Origin: an uncultured virus (IMG/VR IMGVR_UViG_3300030376_002891)
Taxonomy: Duplodnaviria > Heunggongvirae > Uroviricota > Caudoviricetes
DNA length: 64,000 nt
Strand: one strand, 5' to 3'
IMG/VR virus record: IMGVR_UViG_3300030376_002891
Location: 1-64,000 of that record
In this document: positions 29,038 to 39,164 of the stretch, piece after piece
How positions within the stretch are numbered: the stretch's first letter is position 1
Layout of the letters: every line of letters starts with the position of its first letter
Notes under the pieces: model-generated
What the model saw: only the letters and a program-made list of their open reading frames with translations
Told to the model about the DNA's origin: nothing
The model's database searches: none
Translations under genes and position numbers: made by a program

Positions 29038-30153
29038 ATGCTACACTTATTTAATAAAGTTTATTTAGCGTTTGACGATTCAATAGATTGTCATACTAAC
29101 AGATATGTAATATCAGAAGAAGTTGGTAATGAAATGCACCAAGAACTTCAAAGTACATATAGAGGTAGTTTACTTAATTACGCAAAAAATAAAAACGAAA
29201 TGCAAGGTAAGTTTGGTGACTTAACTGGTTTCTTTGAAGATGTAAATACTAAACAGAAATCATTAGGAACTAAAGTTATCATTTACTGCGATAGTCAAGC
29301 ATACCTAGAAATATCTGTAACCTGGTTAAAAACTATGTTGCCGTATGCTGAAAGTGCTGAAATACAAAAGTTTTTAGATATTCATTTACACCACGAAAAA
29401 ATTATTGCAAATACACAACTACAACCTACTCATACTTTAGCACTAACTAAATTAAATTCAGGATTAGGAAATGTAAGTGGTTATTTCAATGTTTTACCAA
29501 CACTTGATATAGATAGAATAAAAGCTCTTAATTTAAATTTCTCAATTGAATTATTGTTAGGCGAATACTTTGCTGGTGCTGATACTCACCAAGCAAATTT
29601 ATTGTCTACTTGGCATATGTTCTTAAAAAGATTTTATAAAGAAGTGTTGACAGATAGTAGAGAAGGTGCTGCTCTTAATCTTTTAAATAGTAATCAACAA
29701 ACTGCGTTAGGTTATACTAGTGATGATGTTGATTTGAATGCTGATAATCCATTTACAGGAATTACACCATTAGCACCATTTGCTGACGAAGATGTATTCA
29801 CACAAAAACCTACTGCAACGGTCGGTGCTGTGAATATTGCAAACATAGATGGTCTTTCTACAGAAAAACAAACTGCATTGAAAACTTTAGTTAAAGACTT
29901 ATATGATTTCCAGAACTCTCCGGATCCTGATTACTTTATGAACCATTTAGATAAAGCTTGTGATTCAAGTTTATCTGCTGAAGATTTTGATACAATTATT
30001 ACTGAAACGGTGAATAGTCCATCTAGTCTATCTTATATCCCTAGATTTGATATTGGAAATATAAACTATACTTTCTTACAATATCTTTTCTCATTGAAGA
30101 AATCTAACGATACAGACACATTAGGAAAATACAGACTATTCGCAAACTCATAG
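29038..30153 (+). CDS. Hypothetical protein of the rSAM cluster
   Basis: 371-aa ORF in operon; no motif confidently recognised. Confidence 0.75.
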   Translation: MLHLFNKVYLAFDDSIDCHTNRYVISEEVGNEMHQELQSTYRGSLLNYAKNKNEMQGKFGDLTGFFEDVNTKQKSLGTKVIIYCDSQAYLEISVTWLKTMLPYAESAEIQKFLDIHLHHEKIIANTQLQPTHTLALTKLNSGLGNVSGYFNVLPTLDIDRIKALNLNFSIELLLGEYFAGADTHQANLLSTWHMFLKRFYKEVLTDSREGAALNLLNSNQQTALGYTSDDVDLNADNPFTGITPLAPFADEDVFTQKPTATVGAVNIANIDGLSTEKQTALKTLVKDLYDFQNSPDPDYFMNHLDKACDSSLSAEDFDTIITETVNSPSSLSYIPRFDIGNINYTFLQYLFSLKKSNDTDTLGKYRLFANS

Positions 30154-30161
30154 GAGTTTAA

Positions 30162-31214
30162 ATGCGAGAGTTTTTAATAGACCCAAAAAGAGACCCAGAG
30201 CAAGAGTACACAATTCACTTATTTGAATTTTGTAATCTGCGTTGTGCTTTCTGTTGGCAAAACCACGAAGATACAATCGGTATTGATAATGTGGTTGATA
30301 AACTTCCATCTATAGAAAAATTTGTTTCAAAAGAAATGTATATGAAAGTCACCTTTAATATTATGGGTGGCGAAGTCTTTGCACCTGCAATCTATAATAG
30401 AAATCTAAACGAAGGTTATAAACTTCTATCAAAAGGCATACAAAAGATATGTCAAAGGTACGATAAAGAATTTTCAATCAATTGGGTATCTAACTTGGTT
30501 ACATCACCTGATGGTAATGAACTCATTATGGACTTACTTAAATGGTCCAGAGAAGAAGATATACCTTGTAGACTTACAACAAGTTATGACCCACGAGGTA
30601 GATTTAATAAAAAAGACTTTGAGATATTTAAATCTAATGTAGAATATTGGGGTGATGAAGTTACCTGTTTCTCTTGTCTACTTACAAAACCTAATATAAA
30701 CTTTTATTTAAATGAAGGCGATGAATACTTTGATTATTTGTATAATCAAGGTAAGTACATATATTTTGATTATTATATGCCAGATGAACACGCAAAATAT
30801 AATATGCCTAGTGATGAACTATTATTAAAGTTTTTTAAACATTGTGTTGACAAATATCCAAATGTTCATCCTGTAAGAGACTGGATATTTAATAAAAAGA
30901 ATTATGCAAGTTGTAGAGTATCTAAACTTGTTTTAGCAGATGGTACATTATGTCAATGTGGTAACCTTGTACAAGATGAGAAATCATTAAGTCAATATAA
31001 GTCGCCCATTAAAAGAAAAGACAATAGTATTATAGAAAACTCTTTCCTAGAGAAATATAATTGTAGTAGTTGTGAATTTTTAGATAGATGTACACTTGGC
31101 TGTTTTATGAACCACGATTATAGATATAAGGAGGAGTTGGATGAATGTGTTTACAAACTTACGCACAGATATATTGAAGATGTACGACTACAGCGAAACT
31201 ATATCGCAAACTAA
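30162..31214 (+). CDS. Radical SAM/SPASM-like protein 2
   Basis: CNLRCAFC; MGGEV; C..CQC..CSSCEFLDRCTLGC..C. Confidence 0.92.
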   Translation: MREFLIDPKRDPEQEYTIHLFEFCNLRCAFCWQNHEDTIGIDNVVDKLPSIEKFVSKEMYMKVTFNIMGGEVFAPAIYNRNLNEGYKLLSKGIQKICQRYDKEFSINWVSNLVTSPDGNELIMDLLKWSREEDIPCRLTTSYDPRGRFNKKDFEIFKSNVEYWGDEVTCFSCLLTKPNINFYLNEGDEYFDYLYNQGKYIYFDYYMPDEHAKYNMPSDELLLKFFKHCVDKYPNVHPVRDWIFNKKNYASCRVSKLVLADGTLCQCGNLVQDEKSLSQYKSPIKRKDNSIIENSFLEKYNCSSCEFLDRCTLGCFMNHDYRYKEELDECVYKLTHRYIEDVRLQRNYIAN

Positions 31215-31770
31215 TTATTTCAATTTTCCTAAACATATAGAAGTACAACTAGATAACTTTCCTGTAGAGAAACCATATCTACCTAGAATAGATGGTAGAC
31301 AAGCACATATGTTTTTATGGTTAGGCAAGAAAGAAGAAGATGGTGAACTATATGAGATTGCAAAGAAAACTAAAGGCGAAAGACAATGGGTTCAAAACAA
31401 GACGCCAGGCACATTTATTAAGGGCGTAGGAATGTTTCATATCTATGACGAGTATGTTATAGTCGGTTCTTTGAAATATGCCGGTTATATGAAGAATAGA
31501 CCTGCAAAAGAAAATAGACATTTAATAAGAACTATGTGGTGTGAGACTATAAACATATTTAAAGATAAAGATATATTGTGTCCTTCAGGTACTTACTTTG
31601 ATTGGTTACATTTAACAATGAATCAAATGAGAGCACAAAAAGAACCATATCATAGAGAAATAATGTGGCAGTTTGGATTTGATAAAATTGTTGAAGGTAA
31701 ATTAAAAGATTATTGGATTAGAAGAAAAGAAAATAAAACTGGACTTGACTGGATAGGAAGATGGACTTAA
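31180..31770 (+). CDS. Hypothetical protein of the rSAM cluster
   Basis: In-operon ORF overlapping both neighbours; alternative start at 31141. Confidence 0.7.
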   Translation: MYDYSETISQTNYFNFPKHIEVQLDNFPVEKPYLPRIDGRQAHMFLWLGKKEEDGELYEIAKKTKGERQWVQNKTPGTFIKGVGMFHIYDEYVIVGSLKYAGYMKNRPAKENRHLIRTMWCETINIFKDKDILCPSGTYFDWLHLTMNQMRAQKEPYHREIMWQFGFDKIVEGKLKDYWIRRKENKTGLDWIGRWT

Positions 31771-32855
31771 TTATAAAACCTACTGAACTTTGTAATTTTA
31801 AGTGTACCTTTTGTTCAAGTACACAACTTACAAATGAGAAAAAGAACTGGTTGAAACACGACCAGATATTTCGTTTTTTAGAAAGATTTCCAGAAACTAA
31901 AACTATAATAGTAAATGGTGGTGACCCATTGATGATGGCACCTGATTACTACTGGAAGATTATTGAATGGTTAGATAATAAAGGTTATGATACTTCACTT
32001 GCATTAACAACTAACTTGTGGCCTTTCTATAAGAAACCTAAACTATGGGTTGACTTATTTAATAATGATAGAGTAGGTATTACAACTTCTTTTCAATATG
32101 GTGGTGGTAGATTAAAAGGAGACTATTCAGAATTTACAGAAGAAGACTTTTGGAAGTGTTCAGATACTATGTTAGAGTATTGTGGTTATAGACCAGATTT
32201 TATATCTGTTATCACAAGAGAAAATGAACACAACGCAATTAAGAATGTTGAACTTGCAAAAAGAATGTCAGAAGATAAAATGCCAGAAGGTACTTTACAT
32301 AACTTTTGGCGAGAAGAAAAGACAGGCGTAGAATGTAAGTTAAATTATGCAATGGCAAGTGGTGAACAAAAAGAGCCTTTTTTGTTATCAGATATATATG
32401 AGAAGTATGTAGAAATCTATAGGGCAGGTTTAGCACCTTGGGAGTTTAATACTAGACAGATGATGTTAGCAATCAACGATAGTGCTACAAGTTGTCCGTT
32501 AAGTAGAAAATGTGATGAAGGTATTAGATGTTTACAACCAGATGGCGATTACTATAGTTGTGGTGCTTTTGGTGATGATAAAGATAAGTCTATAGATTTT
32601 GAAGAAGAAATGAAAGGTAAGTTTTTTACACCTTTACAAGATAGTTTAGAGTTAACTACAATGAAAAAGAATTGTTATAGTTGCCCTATGTTTAATATAT
32701 GTAATGGTTGTAGAAAGACAATTAAAGATTATAAAGAAGCAGGAGTTGTAGAAAAACATTGTGAGAAAATGAAAAGAATAGGACACGATATTTTAATCGC
32801 AAATAATAAACCTCACATATCAATGACACCTTATGAGAGAGAATATGCAAGTTAA
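31761..32855 (+). CDS. Radical SAM/SPASM protein 3
   Basis: CNFKCTFC; NGGDP; CP...C..YSC..CYSCPMFNICNGC..C. Confidence 0.93.
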   Translation: MDLIIKPTELCNFKCTFCSSTQLTNEKKNWLKHDQIFRFLERFPETKTIIVNGGDPLMMAPDYYWKIIEWLDNKGYDTSLALTTNLWPFYKKPKLWVDLFNNDRVGITTSFQYGGGRLKGDYSEFTEEDFWKCSDTMLEYCGYRPDFISVITRENEHNAIKNVELAKRMSEDKMPEGTLHNFWREEKTGVECKLNYAMASGEQKEPFLLSDIYEKYVEIYRAGLAPWEFNTRQMMLAINDSATSCPLSRKCDEGIRCLQPDGDYYSCGAFGDDKDKSIDFEEEMKGKFFTPLQDSLELTTMKKNCYSCPMFNICNGCRKTIKDYKEAGVVEKHCEKMKRIGHDILIANNKPHISMTPYEREYAS

Positions 32856-33297
32856 ACATAATGTATTAACAAACTTGGAACTTAATCATATGATAAGTGA
32901 ACTAGGTAATCTAGGCAAAGATTATCCTATCTATGAAAAGAATGTACATAAGAAATTACCAGATGATTGGAAATGGGCAGATAGTATCTGTAAATTAAAT
33001 GTACCTAATGTAAAACATTGTATCGTTAGGTATGTTATCGCTGTAAATAGTAAAGATGAAGAAAAGAATATTATAGGGTTTCATACAGACAGCGATGTAA
33101 AAGGAGAAAAAACTATTATATTATATTTACAAGGTGATAGTAATAAAGGTGGTCAAATACAAGTTGAAGATAAGACTTATGACTTTAGACAAAACGCAAT
33201 GTTTATTATGGACTCTCATTTAGTACATAGGGCAATGCCTTATTGGGGAGAAAAAACAAGACTTGCAATTAAATGGAGATGGACTTGTGAGGGGTGA
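32845..33297 (+). CDS. 2OG-Fe(II) oxygenase
   Basis: FHTDSD..ILYL..GGQI..HRAMP..RLAI. Confidence 0.82.
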   Translation: MQVKHNVLTNLELNHMISELGNLGKDYPIYEKNVHKKLPDDWKWADSICKLNVPNVKHCIVRYVIAVNSKDEEKNIIGFHTDSDVKGEKTIILYLQGDSNKGGQIQVEDKTYDFRQNAMFIMDSHLVHRAMPYWGEKTRLAIKWRWTCEG

Positions 33298-33808
33298 ACA
33301 CGATTTATCAAACTTAATAATAAATGGAGTATGGCCACATAAAGACCTTGCACCTTTTAAATTCTTTGAAGGTGTACAGATACCTTTTGTAGAAACGAAA
33401 GGAGAGTATACGGTTGCTGTTCATACTGAAAAGGTTGCACACGCACTTACCACAACCCACAAATATTTGGGTGATAAATATATTAGTAAGTTGTCTAGTA
33501 GATATACATTACACGGACGACCTGAAATTGTCAATGGTGTAGATAAAGAAAGTACACTTTGGCACAATGACTTGAAAGAAGGAGCAAACATTGCTATATT
33601 AATGTACTTTACAAATGCTTGTAATAAAAAACAAGGTGGTTCTTTATCAGTTAGAAATAAAGAAACAAAAGAATTATCTTGTTGGTTATATCCAGGTAAG
33701 AACGATTTAATATTTTTAAATCATAGTAAAGTATGGGAACATAGAGTTGGTAAATTCAAACTAATTGATAGTGAAAGAATTGTAGGATGTTTTAATTATA
33801 ATATATGA
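33287..33808 (+). CDS. 2OG-Fe(II) oxygenase
   Basis: WHNDL..LMYF..GGSL..WEHRV..ERIV; GTG start after GGAG. Confidence 0.8.
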   Translation: MRGEHDLSNLIINGVWPHKDLAPFKFFEGVQIPFVETKGEYTVAVHTEKVAHALTTTHKYLGDKYISKLSSRYTLHGRPEIVNGVDKESTLWHNDLKEGANIAILMYFTNACNKKQGGSLSVRNKETKELSCWLYPGKNDLIFLNHSKVWEHRVGKFKLIDSERIVGCFNYNI

Positions 33809-34380
33809 AAAATAAGATATTTCCAAACGGCAGAATACACGCCTCAAAAGAACAAGATTTAGATTACTCAAATGGATACCTTGCGTTATCAGTAAGTCCA
33901 TTTGACAATAACTTTGACAATGAAGTTGAGAAAGGTGTATTACCTCATTGCCACGCACTTATTAGAAAAGGTTATCTTCCAATATCAAGTTGCGAAGGAC
34001 ACTTTACTAAAAAACACCATATGCCATTTTATGTAATGTTAGCAGTTGGTGGTAAAAACAAATTAGATAGAATATACGATATAATAAACAAGACAAAACA
34101 TATACCTGGTATATCATATAAAATTAAAGAACAACAAGCAAATGTAAGAGGTGAACTATTAGAAAGAGTAAACTATAGTTTAGATAAAGCAGAAGAGTAT
34201 GCTGAACTAAACAGATTGTTTATGAGAAATCATTTAGAGTATAATTATCTCTGGATAGGTTTATTTCAAAGTGATAAGAAATTATCAGAAAGAATTTTAA
34301 GAAGACTTATGTTTAGTAGATGTAAGAAAATGTTATTGAATAGTATTGAGGTGTTGAACTATGACGAAGCCGAAGATTAA
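33805..34380 (+). CDS. Hypothetical protein with KGY.PISSCEGH motif
   Basis: In-operon; E.GV..L..KGY..SSCEGH loosely resembles the Tyw3-like N-terminal motif. Confidence 0.65.
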   Translation: MKNKIFPNGRIHASKEQDLDYSNGYLALSVSPFDNNFDNEVEKGVLPHCHALIRKGYLPISSCEGHFTKKHHMPFYVMLAVGGKNKLDRIYDIINKTKHIPGISYKIKEQQANVRGELLERVNYSLDKAEEYAELNRLFMRNHLEYNYLWIGLFQSDKKLSERILRRLMFSRCKKMLLNSIEVLNYDEAED

Positions 34381-35308
34381 TCTGTCAATCAATCCATCTT
34401 ATTTTTGTAATTTTAGATGTCCTTGGTGTTATCTAAAACCTGAACAATTGGGTGACCAAAAATGTATTGACCATTTTAAATTAAGTGAACTATTAAATGA
34501 AGTACAAACTCATAGAGATATAGAACACATTGATTTATATGGTGGTGAGATAGGCGTATTAAAAGAAGGTGCATTAGAAAAAATCACAAATGCAATTAAG
34601 ATATACTATAAAGAAAAGATTAATATAAACACTAACTTATCTATGATGAGAGAAGAGTTTATGAATCCTGATTATTTTATTAGTGTTAGTTATGATATGG
34701 AGAGTAGAGAAGAACACGAAAAAGTATGGAACAATATGATGAAACTGCCTGTTCCTTTTTCTGTTTTGATACTTGCAAATGAAAAAGTATTAAAAACATC
34801 AACTCAACATATATGGTCTAAAATGATACACTTGACTAAAGACAATCAAAACTTTCAAGGATTTGAAATTAAACCTTATAGTACTAATCAGGCAAACCAA
34901 CATCCTATCACTCACGCACATTTTGAAGACTTTATATTAAGAATGGTAGAGACTAAACCTAACCAATGTCCTGTACATTTTATTAATGAAGACAATATTA
35001 AAGACTCTCTTAATAGTAGTTATAACGCATACAGCGATGACCATTTATATATTACACCTAATGGTAAGTTTGCTGTATTAGATTTTGATAAAGACGATAA
35101 TGAATATTTTTTAGAACTTGATAGTTTTGCTGATTACGAAGTATGGTGTCAGAAAGAAAAAGAACAAAACATTTCCGATATATGTCGTAAGTGTGAATAT
35201 CTAGGTAGATGTCTAACTGAACATTACAGATATGTTAAAAGTCTAAAAGATGGTTGCAATGGGTATAGGTATCTGTTGGATACTTATTCGTTTAAATATG
35301 GCAAATAG
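34361..35308 (+). CDS. Radical SAM protein 4 (reduced SPASM/twitch)
   Basis: CNFRCPWC; YGGE; CRKCEYLGRCLTEH..GC. Confidence 0.92.
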   Translation: MTKPKINLSINPSYFCNFRCPWCYLKPEQLGDQKCIDHFKLSELLNEVQTHRDIEHIDLYGGEIGVLKEGALEKITNAIKIYYKEKININTNLSMMREEFMNPDYFISVSYDMESREEHEKVWNNMMKLPVPFSVLILANEKVLKTSTQHIWSKMIHLTKDNQNFQGFEIKPYSTNQANQHPITHAHFEDFILRMVETKPNQCPVHFINEDNIKDSLNSSYNAYSDDHLYITPNGKFAVLDFDKDDNEYFLELDSFADYEVWCQKEKEQNISDICRKCEYLGRCLTEHYRYVKSLKDGCNGYRYLLDTYSFKYGK

Positions 35309-36086
35309 AGCATTTTGTATCGGTAACGGAACAAGTAGAAAAGGTTTTAAATTTTCTACTATCAAAGGACGAGGTGTTATATTAGGTTGTAATAATCTCT
35401 ATAAAGATTTTGCACCTGATATTCTAGTCGCAATGAAACATCCTGTTATGCACAAAATTTATCAATCAGGTTATGGTTATACTGCTAGATGTTATTTTAG
35501 AGATTGGGCACCTAACACACACGAAAGATATGAGACTATGTTAAATAGTTTCTTTCCTGGGTATAGACATTTACGAGCAATCAGACAATCAGGTCTACTT
35601 AAAGAAAATCAACGAGTAGGTTCTGATAGATTTTGTTTACACGGATATGATGATGAAGGACAAAGAAAAGTTAATGTAAGTTGGTTGACAGATGACCTAG
35701 TAAAAAATTTTACAGACATACAGAAAACACCTGAACAAACAGAATGGGCAACAGGTCCTGCAAGTGGTTATGTTGCTTGTAAAGAGATAGCAGAATTAAA
35801 AGAAGTGTATCTAATTGGACACGACATATATAGTATGTCAAATAAATTTAATAACATATATGCCGGACAAGAATTTTATAAACAAGATACACACCCTAGT
35901 CAATACTATTTACAAAACTGGATATTTCAATGGCGTCAACTCTTCAAGTGGTACCATTGGGTTAAGTTTTATAAAGTAAATAGAAAGGCTATGTTAAATG
36001 TCAATATTCCGGAGTGGAATGAATGTAGAAATTTGGAGTATATAAGTTATGAAAGAATGGAAGCTCAAACAAGAAGTATATCATAG
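35298..36086 (+). CDS. Hypothetical protein, possible Maf/sialyltransferase-like Rossmann fold
   Basis: AFCIGNGTSR..GCNNLY..PDILVA..TGP..EVYLIGHD. Confidence 0.6.
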   Translation: MANRAFCIGNGTSRKGFKFSTIKGRGVILGCNNLYKDFAPDILVAMKHPVMHKIYQSGYGYTARCYFRDWAPNTHERYETMLNSFFPGYRHLRAIRQSGLLKENQRVGSDRFCLHGYDDEGQRKVNVSWLTDDLVKNFTDIQKTPEQTEWATGPASGYVACKEIAELKEVYLIGHDIYSMSNKFNNIYAGQEFYKQDTHPSQYYLQNWIFQWRQLFKWYHWVKFYKVNRKAMLNVNIPEWNECRNLEYISYERMEAQTRSIS

Positions 36087-36459
36087 ATTAAATCCTACTC
36101 ATAAAGATACATTGAACGATAAGGAGATATATCTTATATGGGAAGATAATGATATAATTCTAAATGCAAAAAGACATTGGGTAGAACAGGTAGATAGATT
36201 TATCTATCCTGCAAAGAGTTATTGCGTAGCGATATGTTATGCAAAGTGGATAGAGAGAGATTATGGAGATAACTTTTACGACTTGTTAAACGATAAAGAC
36301 TTGTTGTATGGTAATGACCCTTACTTTGAAATATACAATGGGAAGAAACACATTTATGACCCAATCATAGAAGCGTTTCCTAAAGATGAACAATTGGGAA
36401 TGATACCAGATATTAGAGACTATTATGAAAAAGAAATACGATATGACGGTGGAATCTAA
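36049..36459 (+). CDS. Hypothetical protein closing the rSAM cluster
   Basis: YPAKSYCVAICYA..DLLYGNDPYF; overlaps upstream gene. Confidence 0.7.
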   Translation: MKEWKLKQEVYHRLNPTHKDTLNDKEIYLIWEDNDIILNAKRHWVEQVDRFIYPAKSYCVAICYAKWIERDYGDNFYDLLNDKDLLYGNDPYFEIYNGKKHIYDPIIEAFPKDEQLGMIPDIRDYYEKEIRYDGGI

Positions 36460-36471
36460 TATAAGAACTGG

Positions 36472-36479
36472 TATAAATA
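36472..36479 (+). promoter_or_regulatory. T4-type late promoter
   Basis: TATAAATA. Confidence 0.75.
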
Positions 36480-36498
36480 ATAGTACAAGGAGATAATT

Positions 36499-36729
36499 AT
36501 GGCTATAAAGATAAATGGTAAAGAGTATGATGAAGAGAAGTTTGACGATAGAACTAAAAATTATGTTATCGCTAGACAAGAGTTAGTACAAAACAAAGCT
36601 AGAGTAGAGATTGAACTTGAAAAAATTGATGTGCTTGTTAGGTATTACAATGCTAAGATTTGCGAATTTCTAGGTATTGACCCAACTGCTCCAAAAGAAA
36701 CTCAACCAGAAGAACCGAAAAAAGAATAG
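36499..36729 (+). CDS. Small hypothetical protein
   Basis: AAGGAG RBS; MAIKINGKEY. Confidence 0.75.
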   Translation: MAIKINGKEYDEEKFDDRTKNYVIARQELVQNKARVEIELEKIDVLVRYYNAKICEFLGIDPTAPKETQPEEPKKE

Positions 36730-36733
36730 ATAA

Positions 36734-37075
36734 ATGGCTGCGATAGCAAATTTAAGACTAGACCAAGGAACTACATTTTCCTCAAATATAACACTTGCAG
36801 GAAATGATGGAGCTGCTTGGGACTTGACTGGTCATACCGTTGCTGCTAAAATGGCAAAAGGATATGAGAGTACAAAGACTAGGATAACTATGACAACTGC
36901 TGTCGCTAACCCGACTACAGGCATTATTACACTATCATTGACTTCTGCTCAAACAAGCGCCCTGGATGCGCCTGCGAGATATGTCTATGATGTAGAGGTT
37001 ACTAATACTACTTCAGGAGTGGTTACGAGAGTAATTGAAGGTATTATAACCGTGCGTCCTAATGTGACCATTTAA
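36734..37075 (+). CDS. Virion structural protein (BppU-N-like)
   Basis: LDQGTTF..DLTG..ITLSLTSAQT..RYVYDVEV..RVIEGIITV.P. Confidence 0.75.
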   Translation: MAAIANLRLDQGTTFSSNITLAGNDGAAWDLTGHTVAAKMAKGYESTKTRITMTTAVANPTTGIITLSLTSAQTSALDAPARYVYDVEVTNTTSGVVTRVIEGIITVRPNVTI

Positions 37076-37113
37076 ATATTCTAAATACTATTAGTTTTTG
37101 AATACCCTTCGGT

Positions 37114-37121
37114 TATAAATA
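37114..37121 (+). promoter_or_regulatory. T4-type late promoter
   Basis: TATAAATA. Confidence 0.75.
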
Positions 37122-37144
37122 TTAACAATTAAGGGAGACTAAAA

Positions 37145-37402
37145 GTGTCGCAAATAAAAGCAAGAATAGATTCTACAATAAGCAGACCGCAACAAGTATC
37201 GGTCACTATGCCTGCTGGTGCAGCCTCACAAACTGCTGTTACCAATTCAACTTTGAAATTAAGACTTCTACAAGATGTTGACGCTAGTACCTTAGCAGAC
37301 GGTAGTATGATTCAGTATTCTGCAACAAGTGATAAATTTGTTGTAAGAGACGAGATAACAACTACAACTGGTTCAATAACACTAAATGGTGGTTCATTTT
37401 AA
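37145..37402 (+). CDS. Small fibre-associated protein
   Basis: GTG start, GGGAG RBS; LQDVDA..DGSMIQY; ends LNGGSF like the next gene. Confidence 0.7.
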   Translation: MSQIKARIDSTISRPQQVSVTMPAGAASQTAVTNSTLKLRLLQDVDASTLADGSMIQYSATSDKFVVRDEITTTTGSITLNGGSF

Positions 37403-37427
37403 GGAAGTAAAAAGAGAGAGTTAAGAT

Positions 37428-39164
37428 ATGGCAACAATAATTAGAATAAAACGAAGTGCTAACACTTCTGCTCCAAGTACTCTAAAACTCGGAGAATTAG
37501 CGTTAACCTACGGTACTGGTACTGCAGGAAATAACGGAGATAGATTATTCATAGGTACAGGTGGTGTAGATACAAATGGTGACGCAAACGATATTGATGT
37601 AATTGGTGGTAAGTATTTCACAAGTTTATTTCCATCTACAAACGGTGTTATTACCGCTGAAAAATTAATAACAACAGATTCAAACAAAAGAATTGACGAG
37701 ATTATAGTTGGTAACGAAACAACTAACTCTGGTCGTATAACTTTTAATGAAGCTACAAACAACGGTTCAAACAATGTTGTTTTAAAAGCTCCATTATCAT
37801 TAACAAATTCATCAACACTATTATTACCTGATGGTGCTGGTTCACAAGGACAATTTCTAAAAGTAATATCTGCTTCTGGTACTGAAGCTCAATTAGGATT
37901 TGACGCTGTTGATACCACACTAACAATTGAAGATAGTGCTGGTGCAACAACAGATTACTCAACTAACTCTACTCTATTACTTACAGGTGATGGAACGATT
38001 GATACTGCGGTTACTAATAATACGGTAACTATTAAAGTACAAGACGGTGGAGTTGGAACAACACAACTTGCTGCTAATGCGGTAACAAATGCTAAACTTG
38101 CAAATGACGGTGTAACCTTAGGTTCTACTGCACTAACTCTCGGTGGTACTACAACTGACCTTGCAGGATTAACAAATGTTGTTGTTGACCATTTAACAAT
38201 TGATGGACAAGATATTGCCACATCAGCTGCGAACAGAAATATTACTTTAACACCACACGGAACTGGAACGGTTACCGTACCTAGTGGATATAAAGATAGA
38301 GCTGGTTTCGCTTCTGACTCACTTGCAACAAAAGAATATGTTGATAGTGCTTCAAGTGGTTTAGATGTAAAAGATAGTTGTAGAGTTGCTACTACAGCAA
38401 ACTTATCTGCTACATATGACCAATCAAATGGTAGACTAGACAATTCAGGAACTCAAGCCGCACTAACTATTGACGGTATTGCATTATCACAAAACGATAG
38501 AGTACTTGTTAAAGACCAAACAGAAGCTAGACAAAACGGTATCTACATTGTAGAAATCGTTGGTACTAACTCTACTAATTGGAGATTAACAAGAAGTGAT
38601 GACGCAAATATCGGTACAGATATAACTGGTGGTACATTTACTTTCGTAGAAGAAGGTACTGCTAATAGTGATAACGGTTATGTGTTCACACACAATGGTA
38701 CACCTACAATAACAGATAGTACACTTTCTAACAATACTGAAATGCCAGTATCACAATTCTCTGGTGCAGGACAAGTAGTTGCTGGTGCAGCTATGGTAAA
38801 AGCAGGAAATACTTTAGATGTTAATGTAGACAATACTTCAATCGCTGTAATATCAGACGCTTTATCTATTAAAGCAGGTGGGGTTACAAATGCTATGTTA
38901 GCAGGAAGTATTGCAAATTCTAAACTTGCGGATCCAAATATCTCACTTGCTGGTGAGAGTGGAACCGGTTCAGTTGGATTAGGTGGTACATTAACTATTT
39001 CTGCAGGAGAAGGAATTGATACTTCTGCTTCAGGTACTGCAATCACAATCGCTGGTGAAGACGCAAGTACAACGAATAAAGGAGTTGCTTCTTTTAGTAC
39101 TGATAACTTTACGGTAACAAGTGGTGCCGTTGAGGTTACTACTATTGACGGTGGGTCGTTCTAA
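37428..39164 (+). CDS. Tail fibre protein
   Basis: IRIKRS..P..LKLGELA N-terminus; ATKEYVD..GLDVKDSCRVAT..DRVLVKDQT..QNGIY; ends IDGGSF. Confidence 0.8.
   Translation: MATIIRIKRSANTSAPSTLKLGELALTYGTGTAGNNGDRLFIGTGGVDTNGDANDIDVIGGKYFTSLFPSTNGVITAEKLITTDSNKRIDEIIVGNETTNSGRITFNEATNNGSNNVVLKAPLSLTNSSTLLLPDGAGSQGQFLKVISASGTEAQLGFDAVDTTLTIEDSAGATTDYSTNSTLLLTGDGTIDTAVTNNTVTIKVQDGGVGTTQLAANAVTNAKLANDGVTLGSTALTLGGTTTDLAGLTNVVVDHLTIDGQDIATSAANRNITLTPHGTGTVTVPSGYKDRAGFASDSLATKEYVDSASSGLDVKDSCRVATTANLSATYDQSNGRLDNSGTQAALTIDGIALSQNDRVLVKDQTEARQNGIYIVEIVGTNSTNWRLTRSDDANIGTDITGGTFTFVEEGTANSDNGYVFTHNGTPTITDSTLSNNTEMPVSQFSGAGQVVAGAAMVKAGNTLDVNVDNTSIAVISDALSIKAGGVTNAMLAGSIANSKLADPNISLAGESGTGSVGLGGTLTISAGEGIDTSASGTAITIAGEDASTTNKGVASFSTDNFTVTSGAVEVTTIDGGSF

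Noticed and set aside
29038..30153. KVIIYCDSQAY as a tyrosine-phosphatase active site
   Set aside because: Lacks the CX5R signature; left as hypothetical
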